Below, one piece after another: positions 1-12,302 of a DNA stretch of 64,000 nt. The notes under the pieces were generated by a model, which was given only the letters and a program-made list of their open reading frames with translations, was not told the origin of the DNA and made no database searches. The DNA comes from Thecamonas trahens ATCC 50062 (Eukaryota; Protista; Apusomonadida): positions 272,056 through 336,055 of the forward strand of contig NW_013657660.1 of the NCBI RefSeq assembly GCF_000142905.1, read 5' to 3'. Both the position numbers and the translations under genes were made by a program. Positions within the stretch are counted from its first letter, which is position 1; every line of letters starts with the position of its first letter.

Positions 1-283
1 CCAAGCGCATCGCAGCCCGCAGCATCCTTCCGGTCTCACGAGTTGAGTGTTGCCACTCCACCAATCGCGCTGCCCAGTGGCCAACAGAGGCAACGCAGCA
101 CGCCCCATTCGCCCCCCCTCCCCTCCCACACCCACCCACCAACCTCATCCGCCGCCATCATCCATCATCATCATCATCCGCCACCATCATCATCCCCCTT
201 CCCTCCCCCTTCCTCCCCCCCCCTTTCCCCTCCCCGATCACCCTCCCTTTCCCACACACCCCTCTCTCCCCACCTCGTCCACC

Positions 284-801
284 ATGTCCTTCCCGGCGAC
301 CCTCAATGTGGCCAACGAGTACGAGCGCCAGCAGGTGGAGGCCATCATGCAGCAGAAGACCGTCCGCGACTACATGACCGTCTACAACAAGCTGGTGGAG
401 AAGTGCTTCTCAGACTGCGTCAACTCTTTCTCGTACGCCTTGCCCTTCCCCCCCTCCCCTCTTCCCCCTTCCCCACCCTCCATCGCCACCCCCACCACCA
501 ACCCCTCCCCGCTCACCTCCCATCCCACCAACTCACCACCGTCCCCCCCCCCTCCCGCCATCCCTACCCACACCCACACCCACACCCACAACCGTTCCTC
601 CCTCCCTTCCTCCCTTCCTCCCTCCCGCACAGCTCCCGCAAGCTTACCGGCAAGGAGACCTCGTGCGTCAACACATGCTGCGACAAGTTCCTCATGGGCG
701 TCTCCCGCATGAACCAGCGCTTTGTCGAGCAGAACATCCTCATGCAGGAGAAGAAGGCCGAGGCCCTCAAGGCTGCAAGGTCCGGCGATGACTCCGAGTA
801 A
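284..801 (+). CDS. TIM9: Mitochondrial small Tim chaperone (Tim9-like); exons 284-432 and 633-801
   Basis: Splicing GTACGC(433)...CAG(632) gives a twin CX3C motif: YNKLVEKCFSDCVNSFSSRKLTGKETSCVNTCCDKFL...RMNQRF. Confidence 0.9.
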
Positions 802-1037
802 TCGCTGTCTCTCGTACTGCTGCTTCCTCTTTCAGCAGGCGTGCGGCTGCTGCTGCGCTGCCGCTCTCTCATCGCTCGCGCACCCACATCGCCGCTACCT
901 TGCCTGCCGCGTCACCCCCCCCCCCACCCCTCGCTCCCTCGTGCGCGCACGCTCATGCTGCTCAACTGTCAAGCACAGCAGCTTGCGCTCTCTCTTCTAC
1001 CCACATCAGTGAACAATGCTCTTCAAGATTCCGGCGG

Positions 1038-2573
1038 CTACGGCTCGCTCGCCGACCCAGCCTCCAGTGGCGCGTCGACAATCTTGCCCTTGACCTTGCG
1101 CTGCCGTCGATGCGAGCTCATTGTCGTCCACACCGAGCCTGCGAGAAGGATCGGCCCACCGACAAAGGTCCACAAGCCCGGAACCGACGACTCGCCCACC
1201 ACCAGCCCGATGAGCGTGCCAACCAGCGGCTCGGTCATGAGCGTGACCGAGACCACCAGCGACGGCAGGTGGCGCAGAACCCAGTTGATGAATGTGTGAC
1301 CCATGATGCCCGGGACGACGCCCACGTAGATGACATACCACACGTCCGGTGATGTCCACGTCCACGCAAACAGCCCCCAGCCGCCCGCAGAGCTCACGGT
1401 ATCGTACTCGGCCACCGCCGCCGCAAGACTCAGCACCACCGCCGCCAGCGCCGTCACCGGAAACACATACACAAACAGCGGCAGCTGCTGCCTCACCGCA
1501 AAGCCGACTACAAGGTACACAATCATGGCCACCCCTCCCAGAAATGCGTACACATCGCCGAGCAGCGTCACCTCGGCATCCGCAGAAATGTCCAGCGAGA
1601 CAATCGCAAGGCCGGCAAAGCCGACTACCGTCCCCAGCGACTCGCCCCATGAGATTGCAAGGTCCGGTCGGATCCGCGCCAGCTTGAGCGCCCACATCCC
1701 GCTCACCATCACAATAGAATGCGTCGTCACAAGCAGCAGCGAGTGGGTCAGCGACGTCTTGTCCAACGACATAATCCAGAGCCCAAAGTGCGCAGCTAGC
1801 GCAACGCCCGATGCCCCAATCCGCCACGCCAGCCACCGCGATCCGAGCTTGCTCATCCACCCCGCACGGCGTCCGGCCCACAGCTGCCAAGCAAAGCCCG
1901 GCAACTGCAGTGCTGCCGTCATCTGCATCCGGGACGACGCCTTGGCCAGCGGTGAAATATTGATCTTGCGCAGCACCGCGCCCGCAGACGAGACAGAGAC
2001 TAGGGCAACAAGCAGGACAACGTACGCCATGACCAACATCGTCCCACTCTCGTTGCTCGCCGCGTCCACCGTCTCCACTTGCTCCCTCTCATCAGCGCTG
2101 CCCATGCTCTCGCCCGCTCGCCGCCGCCGCCGCCGCCACTGCCGCCGCCGTCCCGCCGCCGCCGCCGCTGCCGCTGTCTGCCGCACCACCGGCGACCGCG
2201 CCAGCGGAGCCCGCACCATCGCATCGTCCCGTGCCACCTTGGTCGCCAGCGGCGGCAGCCGCGCCGATGCCATCAGCGCATTCCACCCCGCCGACGCCCG
2301 CGCCTCGCGTCCGCCGCTACTCCTCATCCCCACAGCAGCCCGGAGCGGCGACAATGCCACAGCACCACGTCCAGCCCTGGTTTCATCGGAGCTGCTCTCG
2401 CTCGAGTATGTGTAGCTTGTGTAGCCGAGGCTCCCGGTCCCCGAACCCGGCACGCCCCACTCGCTGGTAGCCTCGTCGCCCGTGGCACCACTACCCGCCG
2501 GCGCAGATGCCGGACGCTGCTGGCCGCCATCATGAGGGCGCCCCGGCAGCGGCGAGAACCGCACCGTCGGCAT
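1038..2573 (-). CDS. EamA/DMT-family transporter with disordered N-terminus
   Basis: About 10 hydrophobic helices; two EamA repeats (VSSAGAVLRK; LLGDVYAFLGG; GHTFINWVLRHL..LTEP-like 'LMTEPLVGTLIG'). Start at 2573 is inferred. Confidence 0.85.
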   Translation of the reverse strand: MPTVRFSPLPGRPHDGGQQRPASAPAGSGATGDEATSEWGVPGSGTGSLGYTSYTYSSESSSDETRAGRGAVALSPLRAAVGMRSSGGREARASAGWNALMASARLPPLATKVARDDAMVRAPLARSPVVRQTAAAAAAAGRRRQWRRRRRRAGESMGSADEREQVETVDAASNESGTMLVMAYVVLLVALVSVSSAGAVLRKINISPLAKASSRMQMTAALQLPGFAWQLWAGRRAGWMSKLGSRWLAWRIGASGVALAAHFGLWIMSLDKTSLTHSLLLVTTHSIVMVSGMWALKLARIRPDLAISWGESLGTVVGFAGLAIVSLDISADAEVTLLGDVYAFLGGVAMIVYLVVGFAVRQQLPLFVYVFPVTALAAVVLSLAAAVAEYDTVSSAGGWGLFAWTWTSPDVWYVIYVGVVPGIMGHTFINWVLRHLPSLVVSVTLMTEPLVGTLIGLVVGESSVPGLWTFVGGPILLAGSVWTTMSSHRRQRKVKGKIVDAPLEAGSASEP

Positions 2574-2833
2574 CCGCCTCCCGCTTCCTGCCTCTCTCGT
2601 GCTCTGCCTGCAACAGTAGACGTGTGGTCGGCCTAGATAGTGATCGCGATCGCGATCGCGATCGCCACCGCACCCCACTCGGCTGGCACCCGGCGTACGA
2701 CCTTTTCCTGCGGGCACTCTTCCACCCACCCCTCACCGTCCTCCCCACACAGGTGCGTGACACACGACCAGCCCCATCCCACCTCGCTCCACAAAACGTG
2801 TCTACACTCTCCAAGCCATCCGTCGTGTTTGGT

Positions 2834-5709
2834 ATGGCTGAGATGTCGGTACAGGCGGTATGGGTTGCGGCACTGGTGCTCGCCGTCGCAAGCGTCGCAT
2901 GCTCGGCGCAGGGCCCCTCGCTCTACTGCCCGCACTGGCAGTGCGGCGGAGAATGCTGTCAGGCTGGGAGCTGCGTGAGCGATGCCAAGACCGGGACCGA
3001 GCGGTGCGAGTGCATAGGCGGATGGACCAACACCACGCAGGGCTGCGACGCCCTCTCGTGCCCGTTCAACGCCACCATGCACCTCCACCCGGGCAACCAG
3101 GCGCCGCCTGGGCCGATGCCGCCGTGGCAGCAATGGCATGTCTGCGAGTGCGCCAACGACTACATCGGCATGGCATGCATGACGCCGACAACCAACGCAT
3201 CGTGCCGCTACGCTGCCGACCACTCGCCCGAGCCGCATCGCGCCGAAAGCTCGCTCATCGACACCTCGAACGTCATCGTGAACGACATCTCGTTTGCATG
3301 CAACATCACAGGCTCGTGGAACAAGCAGCTTGGTGGTCACGGGACAGGCTACATCCGCTGCCAAGGCGGATACTCGCCGGAGCACTCGGCCAACAACACG
3401 TGCTTCATCTCCATCAACACCCGCATGTGCTCGCAAGTCTACTGCGCCCAATACGCCACCCTCGTCATCAAGCTCGCAAACTGCGCCTTTGCCCTTCAGG
3501 CCGACGGCAAGATGCACTACGAGTGCCTCCACACAGAGGCCGGCTGCGCCAACAAAGCCGCAGACTACACATGCTCCACATATCTTGCTCTCGTCCTCTC
3601 GGGCGTCTCCGGAAAGTCGTCGTTTGTCTGCGATCCGCTGGGTCCGAGCTGACCTTTTTCCAGCCCAAGGTCTCGTTTGTCATCCCTGCCATGTGCGCTG
3701 CAGGCCAGTGCCTCTCCCACCCAGTCCCGCTCCCGCCCATCCCGGCCTCGCTCTCGTCGTCGGCCATTGTCGAGCTCACCTTTGCCGCGCTCGCATCCGT
3801 CGCCGCTGCCCTCCTTGTCATTGTGGCGGCCGTCCGCGCCGCGGGCTACGCCCTCGAGCTGTGGCGGCGGCGCGCGTCGCGTGCTGCCACTCGCCGTCAC
3901 ACGAGCATTGCCCTGGTCGACGCCCTCGCCCCGTTCTACGCGAGCGACAATAGCGATGCAGTGTCTGGCCCGCTTGTCTGGTCTGGCCTCAACGTCCGCC
4001 TCCACGACGACCGTGCTCTTGGTTATCTGCTGTTTGGCGGCTGGGGATCGGTCGCCCGCGGCTCCATCCACGGCGTTGTCGGCGAGTCCGGCTCTGGAAA
4101 GACTACGCTCCTGCACGTCCTTGGCGGAACGCGCTCCAAGCTCGGCTCCCGTGGCCTCATTGACGGCTCGGTCTCCGGCCCAACAGCCGCGCGTATCAAG
4201 CTTGTTCTGCAGTTCCCGGCCCTCCTCCCGCACTTTACAGTCGCAGAGACGCTTTCCTTTGCCATTGACGCCCATGCGCCGTTCTGGTACGCTTATGCCG
4301 AGCGTAACCTGCTCCTTGGCGCCCTTCTCGACGCTCTGGCTCTGCGCCGGGTGGCAGACGCGCGCATCGGCGACCCTGCTGCTGTCGTCCATCGCGGTCT
4401 CTCATCCGGCGAGCGCAAACGACTCTCGCTGGCGCTAGGCCTCATCCGCGCCCCACACTTTCTGCTCGCCGACGAGCCGACCACCGGGCTTGACGCCTTG
4501 ACTGCCGCCAGCGTCATGAGCCTCCTCCGCACCTTGGCCGACGAACTGAACATCGGTGTCCTGGTCACACTTCACGCGCCCTCGCGAGCTGTCCTCAACA
4601 CGCTAGACACGCTCACTCACCTTCATCGCGGCTACGTGGTCTACTCGGGCTCACCGGCTGTCGTCGATCTCGAGGGCTCGCTCATCGCATTGGCACGCGC
4701 ATCGCCCGACGCTGCCGCGGACCTAGCCCGCGCCACCGAGGTACGCCGGCGGACCGCGTCGGACCGGCTCGGTGCCCGTCACGGCTCTCGCCTCGTCTCG
4801 TACCCGCTCTCTGGGCGGACGAGCCCGTCGCGGGCCCACGTTCGCGTCGGCCCTGTCGCCCAAGCCATCGGCTGGGTCGAAGACATGATACGAGTGCTCC
4901 GGCGGCTTGCGCTTGCGGCCTGGCGCGACCCGCTCCTTCTCCGCGCCCAGTACGTGCTGACCCTGGGCGCAGCGCTGCTGCTCGGCGGAGTCTTCTGGGA
5001 TTTGCCGCTCAATCTCATCGGGGCGTGGAACCGCATTGGGCTTCTTTTCTTCTCAGCCTCGCTCTTCTCGGGCCTCGCCACCGTCGTCTTGCACCTACTC
5101 TCCGGCTGGCTGCCTGTGGTCGTTCGCGAGGTTCGGTCCGGGCTCTACTCGCGGACGGCATTCTTTGTGGCCTTTGCCATCTTTGACATCGTACCGTTTC
5201 GGGTCATTCCCGCCCTTCTCTTTGGCTCGATCACGTACTGGATGGCCGGCTTGCAGGAAGAGCCGGCCAAGTTTCTCACCTTTGAGCTGTATGTGGTGCT
5301 CGTGGCCGGGGCGTCGTCCGGCATGTTTCTCGCGCTCGGCGCACTACTCCACCGTACGCCGCTGCTGCTCGGCATGGCCGGAGCACTGGTCCACCTCGGC
5401 TTTATGCTCTTTGGGGGCTTCCTGCTCAACGTCCAGAACGTCCAACCCGCTATCGCTTGGCTCCTCGACGTTTCGCCGGTCCGATACGCGTTCCAGGCGC
5501 TCATGTTCAACGAGCTCAACGGCATCGCCTTTAACTTTGACCCCAAGGCCGGCAACTTTCCGCAGTCGACCCTCGACGCTTCCATCCTCATCCGCCAGTT
5601 TGGTTCAGGTGATGGGGGGACGTGGCTGCCGGCGTACGCCCTGGCTGGCCTTTGGGCCTCTGGCATCGCCGTGGCGCTGGTCGTCCTCCTCACTGCTGCG
5701 CTGCGGTGA
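2834..5709 (+). CDS. ABCG half-transporter with Cys-rich EGF-like extracellular N-terminus (ADP1-like); apparent -1 frameshift near 3640
   Basis: Signal peptide, EGF-like repeats (CECIGGW, CECANDYIGMAC), TM segment, Walker A GESGSGKTT, signature LSSGERKR, Walker B LLADEPTTGLD, ABC2 membrane domain. Split over ORFs 2507-3652 and 2860-5709. Confidence 0.85.
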
Positions 5710-5710
5710 G

Positions 5711-6904
5711 TCAGCGCTGCCTTCCCGAGCACCGCCTGCGCGTAGGCGGCGGCGTTGACGAGGAGGCGGAAGACGACGACGACAATGACGACGCCGACGA
5801 AATGGTGGTTTCACCCGATGACGTCGTCATGCTGCGCGGCAGGCAGTCAGTGTATGGCAGAATGGTGTGGGGGAGACGCGTTTGGCGCTCGGCGGCCGAA
5901 GACGACGATGTTGACGAGCCCGATTTGGCCTCAACGGCACCGGCAGCCACCGCGCGGTTGTGCAGTGCAGCGATGAGCTCGCCGTCGCGCTGGCTATTGG
6001 CCAGCTCCTTGAACTCGCGATCGTCGTCAAAGCCGTTGCCGTGCAGGCGAAGGAGCTTGAGCCGCGGCGCCGTCGCCAAGGCGAGCGGCTCGGTGGTGAG
6101 CAAGTTCTTGGACATGTCCAGCCAGGTAAGCGCAGGCAGGTTCGGGAGCGCCGCCGGCAGCTGAGTAAATAGGTTGTTGCCGAGCATGAGCTTGCGGAGC
6201 GCTGTGCAACACCGCAGGCCGACCGGATCCAGATCGGTCAACTGCTGGTTGGTGAGATACAACTCGCGGAGCGCGGTGCCCGACGCGAGGAGCGACCGTG
6301 GCATTACGGTGAAAGCCTGCTGCAGCATCCGTGCCATACCGTTGCCCTCGTGCGACGAGTAGGCCGCGGTGAGATCAAGGGTCTGCAGCTGCGACGGCGT
6401 TGCCAGCGCTGGCGCCTTGCCTGCCACGCCGGTGAGCGCATTGCCCTTGAGATGGAGCGAGACAAGTGCCTTGAGCGCCGGCAGAAAGGTGCGTGGAAGG
6501 CGACCGGAGATGTCGTTGTGTGAGAGATCGAGCGAGACGAGGCGGCCTGCGAGCGGAAGTGCTGCGAGTGCCTTGAGCGCAGGGCGGGTAATGCCGTTGG
6601 CTGCAAGGTTGAGGTGACACAGCGCTGGCAGCGCGTCGAGGACCGCCATGAGGTCAGCACGCTCGCCGAGGCGGTTGTCGTAGAGATTGAGCCGTGAGAC
6701 ATGCGCAGCGACTCGAGTTCGCAGCCGCGGCACTCGAGTCAGCCCGCATCCGACCCGCGACACCAGCCGCCCGTCTTCCGGTGCCTGGCCTGCTGTGTCC
6801 GCGGCTCCCGTTGCCACATGGGACGCTCCGCGGCGCCGCCTCCGCACGCCCGAGAACATTGTCCTGAGCGCCTCGTCGCTCACCATGCGCTGCGGTGCAT
6901 CCAT
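5711..6904 (-). CDS. Leucine-rich repeat protein
   Basis: Repeated LxxLxLxxN motifs: LNLYDN, LNLAAN, LDLSHN, LHLKGN, LMLGNN, LDMSKN, LRLHGN. Confidence 0.85.
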   Translation of the reverse strand: MDAPQRMVSDEALRTMFSGVRRRRRGASHVATGAADTAGQAPEDGRLVSRVGCGLTRVPRLRTRVAAHVSRLNLYDNRLGERADLMAVLDALPALCHLNLAANGITRPALKALAALPLAGRLVSLDLSHNDISGRLPRTFLPALKALVSLHLKGNALTGVAGKAPALATPSQLQTLDLTAAYSSHEGNGMARMLQQAFTVMPRSLLASGTALRELYLTNQQLTDLDPVGLRCCTALRKLMLGNNLFTQLPAALPNLPALTWLDMSKNLLTTEPLALATAPRLKLLRLHGNGFDDDREFKELANSQRDGELIAALHNRAVAAGAVEAKSGSSTSSSSAAERQTRLPHTILPYTDCLPRSMTTSSGETTISSASSLSSSSSASSSTPPPTRRRCSGRQR

Positions 6905-7063
6905 GGAGAAGGGGTGGGGAGGGAGAGGGGTGCACTAGTTGTGGTAGCGTGCCGTGGGTGTACGTGGTGGCTGCAGCCGTGGCCATTCATTGCGGGGTGG
7001 CCAGCGGTCGCCTGCCCCTGCCCACCAATGCATGGATGCGGAACGGCGAGCGTGGGGCGAGCA

Positions 7064-8577
7064 CTAACAGTTAGAAAAGCAAGCGCGAGCGTCGGTGATA
7101 CGGACCTCAAACTGGCCGTTGGGTCGCTCGATGACAAGGGCGGTGGGGAGGGCGATGAGCTGGGCCGGTGTCATGCGGCCCTTGAGCGCCTTCTTGAGAT
7201 TGTACAGTTGGCCGCGCATGACGGCCATCTGTGCATCAAAGATGTCCGAGTCGAACGAGGGGTCCTTCTGGAAGAGACGGCGGAGCTTGCGGACAAGGAG
7301 CTGGATCGAGTCGTGGGTGAGGAGCGGGGTAAGTTTGGTTCGGATCTCGGCCGAGAACGGGACGTCGGTCTGCGGCATGTCGGCCCAGCCGTACGGGTAC
7401 GAGCGGACGGCGTCCGGATGCTTGTATGGGAAGGCGAGCGAGTTGTCGATGGCGGCGACGGTAATTGGGGTGCCGAACGAGCCGGCAACTCGCGGCGAAG
7501 ATGCCGCGGCCGCGGTGTGTGCGCTGCTGGACCGGCCGTCGAGCTCATCGTCGGGCGCGTACGGCTCGAGCGCTGGGCCACTCATCGGAGTGCTCAGCAG
7601 AGGCTGTGACACGCCCGGATCACCTGGTAGGCTCCCGCCGGCCAGGTCGGTCTCGCCGAGCGGGTCGGCGCGGACGAGCCAGTTGTCGGAGCCACGGTCG
7701 GTGTTGCGGATGATGTAGTCAATGATGACGAGGCGCTCAAACTGGAGCTGGAACTCTTTGGAGGCGAGCTGCGCCGTCGACATACGCGGCAGCAGTTGGG
7801 TCGCCTCCTCGTAGCCCTCCATGAAGACTTGCAGCGAGCCGCGCTTGTGCGGGACCGGGGCTGACGCCCGGACGCCGCGTGCAAGTGACGGGCCGGGCGT
7901 CATTGACGAGCCTTCGTCGTCCGACTCGGCGCCATAGTCCGAGTAGCCGTTGAGAGAGTCGTCGCGGTCAAAGGCGCGGATGGGCGCGGCGGCGACGGGC
8001 TCACACCCGTCCGAGCCATCCGAGTACGAGGCGTCGAGGTCGAAAAGGTTCTGGTGCGACGACGGACGCGGCAAGACGCCGCCGGGGACTGCAAGATGTG
8101 AGTGGGCCGGCGACTCAGCGTCGCTGGCGTGGTCGAGATACGGGCTGACAGCAGTCGGCACGGCCGCCAGCTGGTCGTAGTCGTAGTTGAACACTTCTGA
8201 GGCGAGCGAGACGACTCTTGTGTGCGGGACGATCGAGAGATTAAAGTGCTTGTCGACGATGGAGGCGCCAGCCTCGGAAAGGTGGCCCTGGTTCGGCGGG
8301 AGGCAGCCGCGGCCAAAGCAGCAGAACATGATGTTGCGGTGGAACCACTTGAGCCACTTGGGGTTGTTCTTGTCGTACGGCCCCTCGTCAAACGGCTTAA
8401 AGACGCCGAGGATCTTGCCCGATGCGCCACGCACAAAGTACGTTCCCGAGGATCCCTGCGCAACTCGCGTCGGATGAATGCCTTTCGCCATCGCCACTTT
8501 GACCTTGCCCAGAATTCGCCCCAGCATGTTGGTAGCCTCGTGTGACGACTCGAGGAGCGACGACCACCGCAGGCCGT

Positions 8578-8614
<37 letters not shown>

Positions 8615-8824
8615 CGCAGGCCCCGCAGACGCCTCGCCGTCCCCAGCGGCCTTGAAAGACTGCTGCAGCGAAAAGGTGGCCGTCCGTGCCCGCGCCCGCC
8701 GCGCCCGCCGCCCACGCTTGTCCTTACGCCTCCGTGGCACCGACGCCGACGGTTGCGCGCCCGAGCCCTTGCCGACTCCGGCCCCGCGCCGCAGCCTCTG
8801 TCGCCTTGACTCTCCGCCCTGCAT
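7064..8824 (-). CDS. PI4K2: Phosphatidylinositol 4-kinase type II
   Basis: QGSSGTYF, GVFKPFDEGPY, palmitoylation cluster CCFGRGCL, GSLQVF, DYIIRNTDRGSDNWL, AAIDNSLAFPYKHPD. Confidence 0.95.
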
Positions 8825-9165
8825 GCCCGTCAGCCGTTACACTGCTCTGCCGCTGACTCTCGAGCTCCAGTCCTGGTCGTCAAACTCTGCTGCCCGTCTG
8901 CCGTCAACTGCTCGCCCGAGTGGTGGAGGAGGGCGTGGAAGGCGGCGAGAGGTGGCGATCGGATCGCAGCCACAGCCGAAGGTCAATTCCACAGGGAGGT
9001 GGGATTGGAAGTTGGGGCAGGGCAGGGGGGAAGGGCTACTATTTTCTAAATATTTTGAACAAACCTTGCCGGGTCGCGCCCCAACCAGAGCCTTCCATTC
9101 GCCCCTCCGTATTCCTTGCGTTCTCTCAGTAGAAGCAGCACTCGTCGCCAGCAACAACCGTTCGC

Positions 9166-9768
9166 ATGGATTCCAACACCGACAGCCGAGACCAGGTCCC
9201 GACACAGGGCGCGCCGGACGAGGCCATGCTGGCGCACATCCGCGCTTCGGTCGAGGCTGTCGCCGCCGAGACCTTTGAGCGGCTCTCGGCGGCCCACGAG
9301 GCCGCCTCCGAAGACGCGCTTGTGGCCAAGTGGCGCCGGCTGGCCGACGAGCGGACGGCCGAGCTGCAGGCGCGCGAGGCTGCTAGTGATCCAGCCCGCT
9401 GGCAGCGCCGCGCCCGCCCCATGCCGCCGGCCCCGCCAGCTCGCCTTGATCCGGCTCTGTACTCGGTGTACGTGGCCGACCGGCCGCCGCTGCCGCGCAC
9501 AGTCGACGCCGCGCGCGCTTTGCATCCGCACTCGCACCCGCATCCGGCCCCTGCCCGCTTGGATCTGGTAGCGCAGCTCTGCGATGAGAACGAGCATCTT
9601 CGGTCGACGGTCGGTGTGCAGGCGGCCGAGATCGATGCGCTCCGCGCCCGGGTCCGGGAGCTCGAGCGCTCCGAGTCCAACCTCCGCTCCGGCTTCCTCG
9701 ACCTGACCGACGCCTACCGCGACGCCGTGGCGCGGCTTGACTCCGCGAACACCGGCTCCGAGCCGTAG
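9166..9768 (+). CDS. Hypothetical coiled-coil protein
   Basis: 200-aa ATG ORF with GC3-rich codons like neighbouring genes and heptad-rich C-terminus (LCDENEHLRSTV...LRARVRELERSESNLR). Confidence 0.6.
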   Translation: MDSNTDSRDQVPTQGAPDEAMLAHIRASVEAVAAETFERLSAAHEAASEDALVAKWRRLADERTAELQAREAASDPARWQRRARPMPPAPPARLDPALYSVYVADRPPLPRTVDAARALHPHSHPHPAPARLDLVAQLCDENEHLRSTVGVQAAEIDALRARVRELERSESNLRSGFLDLTDAYRDAVARLDSANTGSEP

Positions 9769-9770
9769 CC

Positions 9771-10721
9771 TCACAGCACCACACACTCGTTGCCGGGTAC
9801 CATCGCCGACTTGTAAGTCATCTCGTCGCAGTAAAGGAGCTCTCTCGGGGCGACCACTACGCTCGCCGGCCGCATCTCTGCCAGCCACGCCCGTGCTGCC
9901 GCCCCGGCCGCCGCCAGCTCGGCCAGCTGCACCTTGCGATCCAGATCGCCCACATCGGCTACTGTTGGCCAGCCGACAATCCGCGCAAGGCTCGAGTGGA
10001 CGATGTATGTCGGCTGCTTGTGCGGGAGCGGGCGTCCTGCTGCTTGCGCCAGTGCGCGGCGTAGAGCCTCGGGACTTCCGGTGACAGGCCGCCACAGGGC
10101 GAGCACAACACCAGCGGCGTCAATTACCACGTCGTGAAGCTCGAGAACGAGCCCATCCAGAGCCGACCTGGCACCGGCCGCCGCCAGCGCGGCCGCTTCG
10201 GCGGCCACAGCCTCGGTCGAGCCCAGCGGGAACGGCTCGTCCGGCGACGAGAGGAGTGCGAGGGTGATGTGGAGCGCGGCCCGCGGATTGACAAAGATGT
10301 GCGCCGAGCACGGCGCGGCGACCATGACCCGGCGGAGATTGTCGGCCAGCTCCGCCAGTACAGCGCCGGCGGGCGTCGCCCCGATGCCTGCCACCACAAA
10401 TCGCGCGGCATGGGCGTTCACAACACGCGGCGGGTGGCTGCGCAGAGCGCCTGCGCCGGCGTCCCACATCCGTGCACCCTCGGCAATGACGAGCTCGCGC
10501 ACGATGCGCTGTCCCGCTAATCGAGCATACAGCCTCGCCCTTTGCCACTCTGCATACGCCGGCACCCGTAGGGCCACCTCTGCCGCCAGCGGCTCGAACA
10601 TCGGCACACTCGGTCCCGCCCACAGCGCCACAGCCACTACAGCCACCGCCACCGCCACCGCCACACCCCATCCTGTGCCTGCCACCTGCCACCGGTCGCC
10701 GCGTCCGCTGTGTCTGCCCAT
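9771..10721 (-). CDS. 2H phosphoesterase superfamily protein with N-terminal signal anchor
   Basis: Two HxT/S motifs (ALHITLA; IVHSSLAR) about 90 aa apart; hydrophobic stretch WGVAVAVAVAVVAVALW. Start at 10721 is inferred. Confidence 0.65.
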   Translation of the reverse strand: MGRHSGRGDRWQVAGTGWGVAVAVAVAVVAVALWAGPSVPMFEPLAAEVALRVPAYAEWQRARLYARLAGQRIVRELVIAEGARMWDAGAGALRSHPPRVVNAHAARFVVAGIGATPAGAVLAELADNLRRVMVAAPCSAHIFVNPRAALHITLALLSSPDEPFPLGSTEAVAAEAAALAAAGARSALDGLVLELHDVVIDAAGVVLALWRPVTGSPEALRRALAQAAGRPLPHKQPTYIVHSSLARIVGWPTVADVGDLDRKVQLAELAAAGAAARAWLAEMRPASVVVAPRELLYCDEMTYKSAMVPGNECVVL

Positions 10722-10830
10722 GCCACGCACCCGCCACGCAGAGCCCGATTTCCAGCTACAGCGACAGGTGTTGCTCCAGCACCAGCACCAGCACCAGCAC
10801 CAGCAACACTCGACTCCGCCACCAACAGCC

Positions 10831-12302
10831 ATGGACGGTCCGTCGTCAATGGCCGACATGGCTGCGCAATGGACACCCGACGCCACTGCCGGCTGCCGGG
10901 TCGGGGTGCTGGACCCGGCTGCGGGTCTCGACCAGGTCGACGTCTGGCTGGCAGACGCTCTCGCCACCGCTGGCCCCCACCCCACCCGCACCCGCACCCG
11001 CATCCGCACCCACATCCGTACGCGGATGGCGACGAGGACGAGGATTTCCGCCATTGCAGTCCGCATGTACTGGTGGCGCTTGATTTTGATCAGACGCTCA
11101 CTACCCACACTGTGGTCGACGGCGTGAGGCAGTACGCGCTGCGCGGTGGCGAAGCCTCGAGGGCATGGCTGCACTCGCTGCCTGATCGTGGCGTCGACAC
11201 GGTTGTCGTCACCGCGGCGCCGGCGTCGGTCGGCTCGGCGGCGGCTGTCCGTGCTGACATGGCTCGCATCGGTGTCGCTGATCTTTTTGCCTGCACCGCC
11301 CGTGATGCGGCCCACGGAGCTGCCGTCGCTGCCGCGGTCGCTGGCTATCTCGCGCCGACGTTCGACTCGCCGCAGAGCGCGCTACTGCGGACAATGACCG
11401 CGTTCATGCTCTGCTCGCCGCGCCGCGGCTGTGACTTGCATCGTGTTGGCCGCTCAAACTTTGCCCTTGTGGACGAGACTACCATCTCCTTTGCACTCGC
11501 CGCGCCCGACGGCTCGACTTGGTCGGCTCGCCAGCTGATCACCCTCTCGCCCGACTCGGCGCCGGTGTGGGATGCGCTCCAGCCGGCCACTGCCGTTGCC
11601 ATCTATCTGGCGCATCTCGATGCTCGTGGCCCGCCGCTGATGCCCGCGGCCGCGCCGGTGCCCGACGATAGGCTCTTTGTTCGCTGGCATGACTCGGAGG
11701 GCGAGCCGCTACTCCCGTTTACCTCGGCCGGCGAGATGGTGTCTTGGTTGGAGGAGCACCTCGTCGGCCCTGCTGGTCTCGACGCCGTCGTCCCTCCGCC
11801 AGTCCTCAAATCGCTCTTCTGGCCCGACGCTGCCGTCATCAACACCGTTGACGACATCGGAGTCGCCTCATCGGGCCGCCTGCTCTGTGCCCGCTACAAC
11901 AAGCCCGAGGCTGTCGAGGCCTACGTCAACGCCTGGCGGTTCCCAGTCCCACTTACATCGGCTCATCCCTCGCCAACTCCGCTCGAGCCTGATGCGCTCC
12001 CGCACGTCGACACCATCATCTTTGTCGATGACAACTCGGACAACGTCGTCAAGATGTTCCTCCACTTTGCCGCCAAGCACGCCCACCATCTCCGCCACAC
12101 CCCGCACCACGACCCCTCTGCCCCGCGCATCATCTCGCTCCTCTACCCGCCGCCAGCATCCGGCCGTGCCGAGGCTTCGGATCCGTACTTCCGCGCCCTC
12201 CTCGACGCCCTCGTCGCCGGCCAGTTATCAACCCCACAGCCCGCTATCTCGTCTGACCGCGACCCCAACCATGACCATACTCCCGATCCAACCCCACAGT
12301 AA
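10831..12302 (+). CDS. HAD-superfamily phosphatase-like protein; probable -1 frameshift near 10980
   Basis: Motif I LVALDFDQTLT, motif II VVVTA, motif III K (YNKPEA), motif IV IIFVDDNSDN. The N-terminal ATG ORF joins in a C-run/His-Pro repeat. Confidence 0.7.

Noticed and set aside
3626-3663. 38-nt intron (GTCTGC..CTGAC..CAG) explaining the ABCG frame break
   Set aside because: Donor and branch site do not match the local GTACGY/ACTCAC consensus and it would delete a Cys; a missing G is simpler, though the intron is not excluded
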